A stretch of DNA of 64,000 nucleotides from Methanomassiliicoccaceae archaeon (GTDB lineage Archaea > Thermoplasmatota > Thermoplasmata > Methanomassiliicoccales > Methanomassiliicoccaceae): NCBI GenBank assembly GCA_040776945.1, contig JAXGZN010000002.1:64001-128000 (forward strand). The letters run 5' to 3'. Within the stretch, counting starts at the first letter, position 1, and each line of letters starts with the position of its first letter. Shown here in pieces: positions 8,782 to 18,428 of this stretch. The notes under the pieces are model-generated. The model did no database searches. It saw only the letters and a program-made list of their open reading frames with translations, and was not told the DNA's origin. Both the position numbers and the translations under genes were made by a program.

Positions 8782-10287
8782 ATGGAACGTATGAGTATTC
8801 TTATATTGGAGGACAATGAGGCGGACCTCGAGCTTATCAAGCGGGAGCTTCGTTCCGTGCGTTACCATTCCGATATCGAATGGGCCTGGAGCAAGGCCAC
8901 TTTCTTGGACGCCCTGGAGCGCAAGGCACCGCAGATCGTGTTGTTGGACTACTCTCTTCCTGGATTCGACGGACTGACCGCAATGGCCATGGTCCGTGAT
9001 AGGTTTCCGGAGGTCAGGACGATCATCGTGTCCGGAGGGATCGGGGAGGAAACGGCGATAGAGGCGCTGAAGACAGGAGCCACGGACTACGTGCTCAAGA
9101 AACATCTCCACCGCCTCGGTCCTGTCATCGCCCGGACCATCCAGGAGATCGAGGAAACGGCCGAGAGAAGGAAGGCGGAGGCGGCCCTGGAAGAGAGCAG
9201 GAAAAGGTTCCATTCCCTGTTCTCGTCGAGCAATGAAGGCATCTGCCTGCACGAGATGGTGTATGACCCGAAAGGAAATGCCGTGGACTACAGGATAATC
9301 GATGCGAACCCGGCGTACGAGGCAATCACAGGCATTCCCCGCAATGAAGCGGTGGGCTCGATCGCCTCTGTGCTGTACAGGAGCACGCCTCCGCCGTATT
9401 TCGATCATTACCTCAAGGTCGTGGAGACCGGGCAGCCGTTCCGATTTGAGACCTACTATCCTCCAATGAGGAGGCACCTATTGATCTCGGCCTTCCTTAC
9501 GGAAAAGGACCAGTTCGCGACCATGTTCATGGACGTGACCGAGCGAAAGCACCTGGAGGCCGAGCTGAAGAGGAAGGCAGAGGAGCTAGAGCGTTCCAAC
9601 GCCGAGCTGCAGCAGTTCGCATATGTTGCCTCGCACGACCTGCAAGAGCCGCTGCGGATGATATCTTCCCATCTCGACCTTCTTAGGAGGCGGCACGGAG
9701 ACCAGCTGAACAGTTCGGCCCTGCAGCACCTGGAGTTCGCGGTGGATGGTTCTCTGCGCATGAAGGCCCTGATCAGCGACCTGCTCCTGTATTCAAGGCT
9801 GGAATCGCGCGGCAGGGTCTTTGAAAGAGTGGACCTGTCCGAGTCCTTGCGGCAAGCTATGAACAACCTGCGTGCCTGCATCGATGAGAGCAAGGCCGCC
9901 ATCAAGGCCCACGGGCTCCCTGAGGTGATGGCCGACCAAGTTCAGATGGTGCAGCTCTTCCAGAACCTTATAAGCAACGCCATCAAGTTCCGCGGCGCCT
10001 CGGCGCCAGAGATATCGATCCTCGTCGATGACAACGGGGAGGAATGGAACGTCCATGTCAAGGACACCGGCATCGGCATGGACCCCGTGCACAAGGAACG
10101 GATCTTCCAAATGTTCCAGCGCCTACATACCAAGGACGAGTATCCCGGCACCGGCATCGGTCTGGCCATTTGCAAGAAGATCGTTGAGCGCCATGGCGGG
10201 CGCATATGGGTGGACTCGGAACCGGGAAAAGGCTCGACGTTCTCGTTCTCCCTGCCGAAAATGGAGACGAACAGCGCCGCTGCCTGA
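8782..10287 (+). CDS. Hybrid histidine kinase REC-PAS-HisKA-HATPase
   Basis: Receiver ILILEDN...LLDYSLPGFDG...GATDYVLK; PAS; SHDLQEPLR; GTGIGLAICKKIVERHGG. Confidence 0.93.
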   Translation: MERMSILILEDNEADLELIKRELRSVRYHSDIEWAWSKATFLDALERKAPQIVLLDYSLPGFDGLTAMAMVRDRFPEVRTIIVSGGIGEETAIEALKTGATDYVLKKHLHRLGPVIARTIQEIEETAERRKAEAALEESRKRFHSLFSSSNEGICLHEMVYDPKGNAVDYRIIDANPAYEAITGIPRNEAVGSIASVLYRSTPPPYFDHYLKVVETGQPFRFETYYPPMRRHLLISAFLTEKDQFATMFMDVTERKHLEAELKRKAEELERSNAELQQFAYVASHDLQEPLRMISSHLDLLRRRHGDQLNSSALQHLEFAVDGSLRMKALISDLLLYSRLESRGRVFERVDLSESLRQAMNNLRACIDESKAAIKAHGLPEVMADQVQMVQLFQNLISNAIKFRGASAPEISILVDDNGEEWNVHVKDTGIGMDPVHKERIFQMFQRLHTKDEYPGTGIGLAICKKIVERHGGRIWVDSEPGKGSTFSFSLPKMETNSAAA

Positions 10288-10537
10288 TCTGGTCCGCACC
10301 ATTTCACATCGACCCTCCCAACGCGCTCGGCGGCCTGAGCACCCTCCCTTGGAATGAAAGTCCGAACTAAAGTACCTCGGCATAAGGACCCGTCATATTG
10401 CTGCATTGTTCGAACGAGGACGGCGGTTTTATCTATGGACATCTCCAGTATAGCGAACCAGCGCGGCCCGGGCATTTCCCCGGGCCCGACAATGGTCCGA
10501 GCAGATGAGAGACCGGCCAATGGGCAGGTAGTTGCCT

Positions 10538-12454
10538 ATGGGACCCGAGAACGGAGAGAACGGGAACGCGAACCTGGACGAGAGACAGGCACGCTTGCTT
10601 TTCGACACCATGCTACAGGGCGTGGTCTTCCAAAACGCAGACGGTGAGATAATCTCCATGAACCTGGCGGCAGAACAGATCCTCGGAAAGCCCATAGGGG
10701 ATTTCATCGGACAGTCGTCGGTGAAAGTGGAGAGGGACAGCATCAGGGAGGATGGAACGCCCTATCCCGGACTGGAGCATCCGGCCATGGTGTCCCTGCG
10801 GACCGGACGGGAGATCAAGGACGCGGTCATGGGCATATTCAATCCTAGGGAGCGGAGATATCGCTGGATATCCATAACGGCAGTGCCTCTGTTCCGTCCG
10901 GATGAGGACCGACCGTACCAGGTCTATACTCTTTTCCGGGACATAACCGAGGAGAAGCGCATCGGGGAAGCGCTGCGGAAGAGCGAGGCAAGGTATCGTG
11001 AGCTGTTCAATTCGATGACCGAAGGGATCGCCGTTGTCGAGCCCACCTTGATGAGCGGCCGCATCGCCTTCATCTGCCGGGACGTGAACCCTGCATGGGA
11101 GCGCATGTTCGGCCGGGCCAAGCCAGATGTCGTGGGGCGGTCTCTGCACGATGTGTTCGGCCACGAGGTCAGCGCCGAGGTGGTCAAGGCCCTGATGGAG
11201 GTCGGCGAGACCGGGCGGCCAGAGATCCTGGAGGAGCATCTGGCGGGACCCGATCGGTATTACAACATCCATATTTGGAGCATCGGAGAAAGGAGCATGG
11301 TCGTCGGCCTAACCGATATTACGGATATCAAGAGGGCGCAGGTCGAGGCGGAGAGGCAGCGTGAGCGGCTGCAGCTTATTTTGGACAACACGCCGGTGGC
11401 CATTGGGATCACCGACAAGGAAGGACGAACCATCCTGGACAACGGGATGCTGGAGAAGATATGGAGGGGCCGGCCTGCGCAAGAGGGGACGGCCGACCGC
11501 TCCCAATGCAGGGCATGGTGGGCCGGCACCAGGCGGCCGGTCGGGCCAGACGAATGGCCGGCCGTTCGCGCGCTGAGGGGCGAGGCCTCGACGGCCACCT
11601 TCGACATAGAGAGGCTCGACGGCACACAAGGCGCTCTGGTCGTCTCCGCCACCCCCATCCTTGACCGTGATGGCAGCGTTGCCGGAACGGTCTGGACCAA
11701 CCAGGACGTCTCCGAACTGAGGAGCACGGTGGAGGCCCTCAGGAGGTCAAACGCCCAGCTTCAGCAATATGCGCATATCGCATCGCACGACCTGCAGGAA
11801 CCGCTGAGGATGGTGTCAAGCTACCTCCAGCTGCTCGAGAGGAGGGAAAGGGAGAAGCTCGATCCGATCTCCAAGAGGTACATCGATTACGCGGTGGAGG
11901 GAGCTGGCCGGATGAGGGCCATGATCAATGACATTCTCATCTACTCAAGCGTGGAAGGCGGCGAGGAGGAGCTTCGACCGGTGAACATGGAGGAAGTGCT
12001 CCCCGTCGTCCTGTGGGACCTTGCTCCAGCGATCTCGGAGAGCGGAGCGTCGATCACCCACGACCTCCTGCCCACCGTCCAGGCGGACCGGGCACAGATG
12101 GTCCTGCTGCTGGAGAACCTGATAGGCAATGCCATTAAATACAGAGGGTTAGCAGCGCCTCAGGTCCACATCTCCTCACGAAGGGAGGGCGGGGAGATGA
12201 TACTCTCAGTAGCTGACAATGGCATAGGCATCGATCCGAGGTATGCGAACAAGCTTTTCCGCATGTTCTCCCGGCTGCACGCCAGAGAAGAATATCCAGG
12301 TACCGGTATGGGACTGACGATATGCAAGAGGATCGTGGAGCGCCACGGGGGACGCATATGGTTCGAGAGCGAGCTGGACGAGGGAACGACGTTCTACTTC
12401 AGCCTGCCCATCGCCGCGAGTACGTCAGGGAACGGCGGCGGCTACGCCCCCTAG
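10538..12454 (+). CDS. PAS-domain histidine kinase (3 PAS + HisKA + HATPase)
   Basis: Three PAS units; SHDLQEPLR; NLIGNAIKY; GTGMGL. Start set to ATG 10538. Confidence 0.92.
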   Translation: MGPENGENGNANLDERQARLLFDTMLQGVVFQNADGEIISMNLAAEQILGKPIGDFIGQSSVKVERDSIREDGTPYPGLEHPAMVSLRTGREIKDAVMGIFNPRERRYRWISITAVPLFRPDEDRPYQVYTLFRDITEEKRIGEALRKSEARYRELFNSMTEGIAVVEPTLMSGRIAFICRDVNPAWERMFGRAKPDVVGRSLHDVFGHEVSAEVVKALMEVGETGRPEILEEHLAGPDRYYNIHIWSIGERSMVVGLTDITDIKRAQVEAERQRERLQLILDNTPVAIGITDKEGRTILDNGMLEKIWRGRPAQEGTADRSQCRAWWAGTRRPVGPDEWPAVRALRGEASTATFDIERLDGTQGALVVSATPILDRDGSVAGTVWTNQDVSELRSTVEALRRSNAQLQQYAHIASHDLQEPLRMVSSYLQLLERREREKLDPISKRYIDYAVEGAGRMRAMINDILIYSSVEGGEEELRPVNMEEVLPVVLWDLAPAISESGASITHDLLPTVQADRAQMVLLLENLIGNAIKYRGLAAPQVHISSRREGGEMILSVADNGIGIDPRYANKLFRMFSRLHAREEYPGTGMGLTICKRIVERHGGRIWFESELDEGTTFYFSLPIAASTSGNGGGYAP

Positions 12455-12899
12455 GACGATAACCTCCAAATATGCAGAACCGGAGAGGGGTCCGAGCTAG
12501 ACCGATGGGTCGACCAAGGCCGCATTGAGGGCGGCCCTTCACGGCGTTCCCGCAGAAATTGGTGCGTGAAAAAAGCGCATCATCTCGGTCCGCGCGAAGA
12601 TGAGGGGGCGTGGTGCGGCCAGGTCATGAAGGCGCTGAAGGCACGCACTGGCCATCATCATGGCTGAGATCTCGGCGGATTCATGTCCGGCCGGGCCCTG
12701 ATCGGAAGGACACGGCCTTCATTCGACCATGGTGCTTGCGCTCACATTTACGCCTGCTGTCAGGAACAGGGCCAGGGACGGCAGGGAATGGACAGGTCGG
12801 GGCAAGCTGCCGAAGGTTCTCAATGATCTCATTAAATTAACAGACATGACCTCAAGGTCCGACACAGCCGGTTCAAGAGGCCAGTTATCCGTTCGCAGC

Positions 12900-13103
12900 T
12901 CACTCCGGCTTATATCCAGCGTCCTTGATCTTCTGCTTCATCTGGTCCACGGAGGCCTTTCCCTCATGGTCCACCTTGACCTTCCCGGTCTTCAGATCGA
13001 CGTTCACGCTCGATATGCCGGGCAAGGTCCTCAGTGCGTTCTCCACGTTCTGTGCGCAGCCACCGCACTTCATGCCCTTGACGATCAAGACAGCTTCAGC
13101 CAT
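12900..13103 (-). CDS. copZ: Heavy-metal-associated (HMA) copper chaperone
   Basis: 67 aa, GMKCGGC metal motif, C-terminal AGY. Confidence 0.88.
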   Translation of the reverse strand: MAEAVLIVKGMKCGGCAQNVENALRTLPGISSVNVDLKTGKVKVDHEGKASVDQMKQKIKDAGYKPE

Positions 13104-13646
13104 TGTCCTCGAAACTGAGATGGAGCTGATGGTTAAAATAGTACACGAATTGCCGGCGGGATGCTAACGATGAACGACGGGTCCGCAATAGGTCCCAACC
13201 AGGCCATCGGCCTCTCCATCGCATGATCGTTTTTTACATTGCTCGTGATAGGCCCCGGGACGATCGAAAGGAAGAAATGGCACGTCCACAAACGCCCGCA
13301 TCATGCCCAACGGCCTTCGAGTGACCATCTGGAGAAGTACCACGGTCTCTCTCCCGCCCCGGACCATCCGATCGGTGTCACGAGGAGAGCGGAGATGGAG
13401 GGACCGGCTTGAGCCTGGAAATGGAAGTGGAAGGACAGCAAGAGGGTTGCCATGAATGGGATGATGGAAGAACGGGACTGGAGCTCGAGGCGGCCGATGC
13501 CATATCTCCGGCCCCGATGGCGGCCGTTACCATTTAGGGGCCTGCCAGTTCGACCTTTATCGTCCCCTCGTTTTCTTGAGGCCTAGCGAGCCACCTCGTT
13601 GATGGCCGCGGACCCTATTAATAGGCGGACGATATGCACTCGCTAA

Positions 13647-14543
13647 ATGGCGGCGAACGTGGGTCGGAGCGAGGGTCTATTGCTGATGACAGGGGCTCTC
13701 TGGGGCACGGCCTATGTGGCCATCAAGGTAGGCTTGATGGACGGCGACCCTTATCTTTTCGCCCTCCTCCGTTTCATCCTAGGTTCTGCGGTACTTTTCG
13801 CTTTCATAGCCTATACTAAAAGATACGATCACTCCCTGTTCCGAGACCGCACCATCTGGCTGGTTGGTCTTTTGAACGCGCTGTGCATCGCCCTGCAGAA
13901 CGTGGGCATTACCATGACCACGGCCACCAACGCCGTGCTTCTGTTCAACATCAACGTCGGTTTCGTGGCCATTCTTGCCGCGGTGATCCTGAAGGACAAG
14001 CTGGCGCGCAGAGTGCTGGTCGGCCTTTTCACCGGCATGGTCGGGGTGCTTCTCATCTCCACCAACGGGGACCTTTCCACGATCTACAGCGGCACCTTCC
14101 AGGGGAACCTGCTCGTCCTATTGTCAGGGATACTATGGGCCTTCTGCACCGTGTACCTCAAGCGGGTCCTTGACAGAGGGAAGGACGTCACCATGGTCAC
14201 CGGGGCGATGTTCCTGCTGTCGGTGGTGTTCCTTCTGCCTATCACCGCGGTCTTCACCACCAACTACGCGATGGACGGGGCGGCATGGCCGTCCGTGATC
14301 TGGACGGGCGTGGTGTGCACCGGCATCGCCTACTTGACCTACAACCTCGGGCTGCGCCGCGTGAGCGTCACCATAGCCACCATCATCCTCCTGTCCGAAG
14401 TGGTCTTCGCTATGCTCTTTGCACTACTGCTCTTGGGAGAGGTCCCGACTGGCTCCATCGCCCTGGGAGGCGGACTGATCGTCCTCTCCGTGCTCATCAT
14501 CTCGCTGGCAGACCGTCCGGCCCTATCGAATCGCCCAAGGTAG
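13647..14543 (+). CDS. EamA/DMT family transporter
   Basis: About 10 TM helices in two EamA repeats (LWGTAYVAIK...; LWAFCTVYLK...). Confidence 0.9.
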   Translation: MAANVGRSEGLLLMTGALWGTAYVAIKVGLMDGDPYLFALLRFILGSAVLFAFIAYTKRYDHSLFRDRTIWLVGLLNALCIALQNVGITMTTATNAVLLFNINVGFVAILAAVILKDKLARRVLVGLFTGMVGVLLISTNGDLSTIYSGTFQGNLLVLLSGILWAFCTVYLKRVLDRGKDVTMVTGAMFLLSVVFLLPITAVFTTNYAMDGAAWPSVIWTGVVCTGIAYLTYNLGLRRVSVTIATIILLSEVVFAMLFALLLLGEVPTGSIALGGGLIVLSVLIISLADRPALSNRPR

Positions 14544-14708
14544 GTTCTAAAGATGCGATAGGGCCCCTACGCGACGCTAAAGTTCTAAAACCGGATAGAA
14601 CGAAGCATCGCCGGCAAGAAGCTCAATGACTTATGGAGGAAATCACCAGTAATAGTGTCAAAAACCCCCTCTATTGAAAATCGTTTTGAGATATCTGGAT
14701 ATGGTTGA

Positions 14709-14786
14709 TGGTGGGTCTGCCCGAATTTGAATCGGGGTCTAAGGCTCCCAAAGCCCCAAGGATGGACCAAGCTACCCCACAGACCC
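14709..14786 (-). tRNA. tRNA-Pro (TGG), CCA encoded
   Basis: Reverse complement GGGTCTGTGGGGTAGCTTGGTCCATCCTTGGGGCTTTGGGAGCCTTAGACCCCGATTCAAATTCGGGCAGACCCACCA folds into a cloverleaf; anticodon loop TTTGGGA. Confidence 0.95.
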
Positions 14787-14901
14787 TTTGAGCCGAGTAA
14801 TACGAACCTCTCAATAAAGCTTCGCCCCCGCTCCCGTTTCCGCCGGAGCGCTGATAACGGTCCAGCAAGGGTTAAAAGAGAAATCCCTCATCGGAGTGGG
14901 C

Positions 14902-16068
14902 ATGAAGGGAGGAGGCATCATGGCCGCGGCCGCCTTGACCGTGGTCATTCTCATCGGCGCCGGGCTCTACGCTCTGGTCATCGCCGATGAGACGGGCGGA
15001 AACGTGGGATTCCAGAACGGGGACCTCGTCAAGCCGACCACCCCCCTCGCCCAAGCGGCCGCCGGCCCCCTTATGGACAACGTCTCGGCGGTGCCGATCA
15101 ACGCCGAGAACATCAACCTGTTCTGGAACATAACCGAGGACATCTATGCCGGATATGGCGGTGCGTTGCAGCTCCGAGTGGAGAACAAGAATTCCGGGAC
15201 ATTATACGTCTACTCCTTTGGCCTGAAGTGGGTCGATGCCGGCACAAGCTACCTGCGTAATTGCAGCGTCACGATCCCTTCCGGAAGGAGCGGAGAGCTC
15301 GGCCTGCTGCTTTTCGGGGCCCCCTCTGAAGGGAAGGCGAAGTACCAGATAATCGTGAAAGCAGCGGTATCGAACCGTGCCGGCACCGCATGGTATGACG
15401 CCGGAGCGATGCCTAGTAGCTCCAACGCCGCCATCATCACCTCGCTGGCCTCCGCTCAGGAGACCAAGGTCGACCTAAATCTGAGGGACTACTATAACCG
15501 GGTCAACCAGCGCGTGGACACCAAGGTCGTCGAGTCGCTGGCGGAGCGGATCGATGCCGCATACCCTGGCGGGTACAGCACGCTCCAGATAGCTGCGGCC
15601 TATGAATGGGTGAAGAACAACATCGCCTATGCCGCCGATGTGGGGGAGGATTACTGGCAATCAGCCTCGGAGACCATGGATCTGAGGAAGGGCGATTGCG
15701 AGGACCATGCCATCCTGATATGCAGCCTGATCGATGCCCTCGGAGGAAGCTCAAGGGTCAACATCATCAGGGAGCATGCCTTTCCAACAGTGTACATCGG
15801 CTCGACCACGAGCGATCTGGTGAATGCAAGGCGATCGATGGCGTCGTATTATGGTTTGGACGCTACGGAGTACAGGATGACCTATCTCACCGACGATAGC
15901 GGCTATTGGCTGGTGATCGACACGACTGGCTTCCCTTACGCCGGAGGCCTGCCGGCAAAGGCCGCCCCCACCTCCTCCGATGGGGAATGGACGGTGCTTT
16001 CGTCCTACCTTGTGAACGTAGATGTGACGGGAGCACCGGGGAAGGGCAGCATACTTGGCCGCTTCTAG
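14902..16068 (+). CDS. Membrane-anchored/secreted transglutaminase-like cysteine protease domain protein
   Basis: N-terminal hydrophobic helix; DYWQSASET, GDCEDHAIL (Cys), HAF (His), IDTT (Asp). Confidence 0.85.
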   Translation: MKGGGIMAAAALTVVILIGAGLYALVIADETGGNVGFQNGDLVKPTTPLAQAAAGPLMDNVSAVPINAENINLFWNITEDIYAGYGGALQLRVENKNSGTLYVYSFGLKWVDAGTSYLRNCSVTIPSGRSGELGLLLFGAPSEGKAKYQIIVKAAVSNRAGTAWYDAGAMPSSSNAAIITSLASAQETKVDLNLRDYYNRVNQRVDTKVVESLAERIDAAYPGGYSTLQIAAAYEWVKNNIAYAADVGEDYWQSASETMDLRKGDCEDHAILICSLIDALGGSSRVNIIREHAFPTVYIGSTTSDLVNARRSMASYYGLDATEYRMTYLTDDSGYWLVIDTTGFPYAGGLPAKAAPTSSDGEWTVLSSYLVNVDVTGAPGKGSILGRF

Positions 16069-17024
16069 GCCAATATCTCCTGCACCGCCCGGCGGATCGC
16101 TTCCCTACTGTTGAGCTTCGGCTCCCATCCGCAGGCCTCCAGGCGGTCCACGGACAGCAGCATCCTTTTAACGTCCCCGACCCAGCCCCGCCCTCCCTTG
16201 ACCCCGCCGGTCCAGCGGTACTCCACGTTCGGCAGCCCCATCTCCTCGACCACGATGTCGGCGATGTCCTTCACCGTCATCCAGTCGCGGGAGCCGATGT
16301 TGTAGACCTCCACCTGCTCCTTCGCGCCCTCCGCCCCGGCGATCATGCCGCTGACGCAGTCCTTGACGTGCACATAGGACTTTGAGGTACCCGGCTCCGC
16401 CCCTAATATCTCAAGGTGCTCAGGGTCCTCCCTGAGCTTGCGGATGAAGTCGTGAAGGACGTTGTGGGTGGACCTTGTCCCCACCACATTGGCGAAGCGG
16501 TAGAGGACCGCGCTCTGGTCGAAAGTATGGCAGTACGAGGAGACCAGCGCCTCGCAGGCGAGCTTGGACGCACCGTACACCGATATGGGGAGCAACGGCC
16601 CGTAGTCCTCGGGGGTCGGCATGACCGCAGTCTCGCCGTAAACGGTGGAGGTCGACGGGAACAGGATGTCCTTGATCCCATGGTCCTTAGAGGCCTCCAG
16701 CAGACGGTATGTGACCTCGATGTTCTGCTGGAAGTGGATATGGGTGTTCTTAGCTCCGAGGCGGACGTCAGGGTTCGCCGCGAGGTGGCAAAGAACGTCC
16801 GAGCCGCTCAGGACCTTGCCCAGGTCCATGGTGAGGAGGTCGCCCTGCACGAACGTGAACCGGTCGTCCGAGAGCATACCGGTCATGAACTCCCTCTTCC
16901 CCGCGGATAGGTTATCCACGCCCACCACCTCATTGCCCTTAGCAAGGAGCTCTTCAGCTAGATGGCTGGCTATGAAACCGGCGCAGCCGGTGACCACGAT
17001 CCTTCTTCCTTGGAGCTTCATCAT
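16065..17024 (-). CDS. NAD-dependent epimerase/dehydratase (UDP-glucose 4-epimerase-like)
   Basis: VTGCAGFIASHL, STSTVYG, YGASK. Start at MMKLQG with ATGA overlap to rdgB. Confidence 0.9.
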   Translation of the reverse strand: MMKLQGRRIVVTGCAGFIASHLAEELLAKGNEVVGVDNLSAGKREFMTGMLSDDRFTFVQGDLLTMDLGKVLSGSDVLCHLAANPDVRLGAKNTHIHFQQNIEVTYRLLEASKDHGIKDILFPSTSTVYGETAVMPTPEDYGPLLPISVYGASKLACEALVSSYCHTFDQSAVLYRFANVVGTRSTHNVLHDFIRKLREDPEHLEILGAEPGTSKSYVHVKDCVSGMIAGAEGAKEQVEVYNIGSRDWMTVKDIADIVVEEMGLPNVEYRWTGGVKGGRGWVGDVKRMLLSVDRLEACGWEPKLNSREAIRRAVQEILA

Positions 17025-17575
17025 AGGCGTCCCCTGAGCTCGGCGGCGAAGGCCTGAACGGCCCGACCGCGGTGGGAGATACCATTTTTCTCGGTTATTG
17101 ATATTTCGGCGAAGGTTCGATCGTATCCAGACGGTACGAAGATGGGGTCGAACCCAAAGCCTCCGCGGCCGGACGGCGCCGTCGCGATCGAACCGTCGCT
17201 GCGTCCCGATACCGTGAACCTCTCGCCTCTGATGGAGGCGCCTATGCAGCACTCGAAATGAGCTGAGCGGTCCTCGCAGCCTTCCAGCAGGCGCAGGATG
17301 CCCCCCATGCCGATGGTCCGAAGCGCGTAGGCGGAGTACACTCCAGGAAAGCCTTTCAGCGCGTGAACGAAGAGGCCAGAATCATCGATTACTATATCGC
17401 CCATGCCTCTGTCCTCTAGCTGGTCGAGGCACTTAAGAACGACCTCCTGCAGCGAGTCGGCCTGGACCTCGTCACATTCCTCATCGGAGTGCGAGACCTC
17501 GATGCCCATGGGTGCGAGCGCGGAGCGGAACTCCTCGAGCTTGCCCCGGTTCGAAGTGACCAGCGTGAGCCTCAA
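17021..17575 (-). CDS. rdgB: Non-canonical purine NTP pyrophosphatase (RdgB/HAM1)
   Basis: TSNRGK, DDSGL, GFPGVYS, GFGFDPIF, SHRGRA. Confidence 0.93.
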   Translation of the reverse strand: MRLTLVTSNRGKLEEFRSALAPMGIEVSHSDEECDEVQADSLQEVVLKCLDQLEDRGMGDIVIDDSGLFVHALKGFPGVYSAYALRTIGMGGILRLLEGCEDRSAHFECCIGASIRGERFTVSGRSDGSIATAPSGRGGFGFDPIFVPSGYDRTFAEISITEKNGISHRGRAVQAFAAELRGRL

Positions 17576-18186
17576 GTGTACCGCCCCCGACCCTCTATCT
17601 CCTTCATCTTCCTGATGACCTCAGGCGCACGGTCGAAGTTCTGGAGATATGCGTCTAGGATCTCCGGGAAGAGGTCCAGCAAGGTCGAATGTGCGGACTG
17701 GAACGCTTCCTTGAGCAGATGCAGGTCAACCCCCATCTCCTCGTACAACGCTCCCCTTCCCCCTAGCGAGAAGTCGATGAGCCACACGCGGCCGTCCGCG
17801 AGGACCATGTTGGAGGTGGTGAGGTCCCCGTGGACGATGCCTCCGCGGTGCAGAAGCGCGGTAAGCCTGCCGATCTCCCGGCACAGATCCTTGGCCCGGT
17901 CCTTCGAAGCGCTCTCCAGCTCGTCCTTGACCCGAGGGCCCCTTATCTCTTCCATGGTGATCTCGGCAGCGGCCGGGTCGATGTCGTAGATCACCGGGGT
18001 CGGTACCCCGAGCTCACGGGCATCGCGGATCAACCGTGCTTCGTTCCTTGTACGGGAGGCACGAAGCGACCGGTCGAGACCCTCGTGCCTGTACTCCTTG
18101 GGCACCCTGGTCTTGACGATCACATCGCGGCCCAGCCAGCGTCCCCGCCTTATCTCGGCCTCAGCCCCCCGGCGTAAGATCTCCAT
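17572..18186 (-). CDS. bud32: KEOPS complex kinase/ATPase Bud32
   Basis: RGAEA, RTRNEAR, HGDLTTSN, IDFSLG, VDLHLL, C-terminal RGRY. Confidence 0.93.
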   Translation of the reverse strand: MEILRRGAEAEIRRGRWLGRDVIVKTRVPKEYRHEGLDRSLRASRTRNEARLIRDARELGVPTPVIYDIDPAAAEITMEEIRGPRVKDELESASKDRAKDLCREIGRLTALLHRGGIVHGDLTTSNMVLADGRVWLIDFSLGGRGALYEEMGVDLHLLKEAFQSAHSTLLDLFPEILDAYLQNFDRAPEVIRKMKEIEGRGRYT

Positions 18187-18428
18187 GCGCTCTTGTGAAG
18201 GGCTAGGGATACATAAGGATTGCACTGGGCCGCCAGCGGCATGATCCTCTCTCAGAGGTCTGGTCGGTCAGACCAAGGCCGTGATAAGGAGCGTCGCGCA
18301 TCCGATTATCACGATAAAGCCCCTGGCTATGTTCAACCCCCGTTCTTTCTTCACGATATTCCCCCCATATGGGAATATATGCCAAGGCCCATCTCATAAA
18401 TCTTTCCATTTATATTTCGGATAGGATA

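Noticed and set aside
12455-13646. Short ORFs flanking copZ (12610, 12729, 13164)
   Set aside because: No motifs or coding-like composition; treated as non-coding or decayed sequence.
17572-18428. Bud32 without adjacent or fused Kae1
   Set aside because: Separate bud32 and kae1 genes are common in archaea, and bud32-rdgB linkage is an ordinary conserved arrangement.
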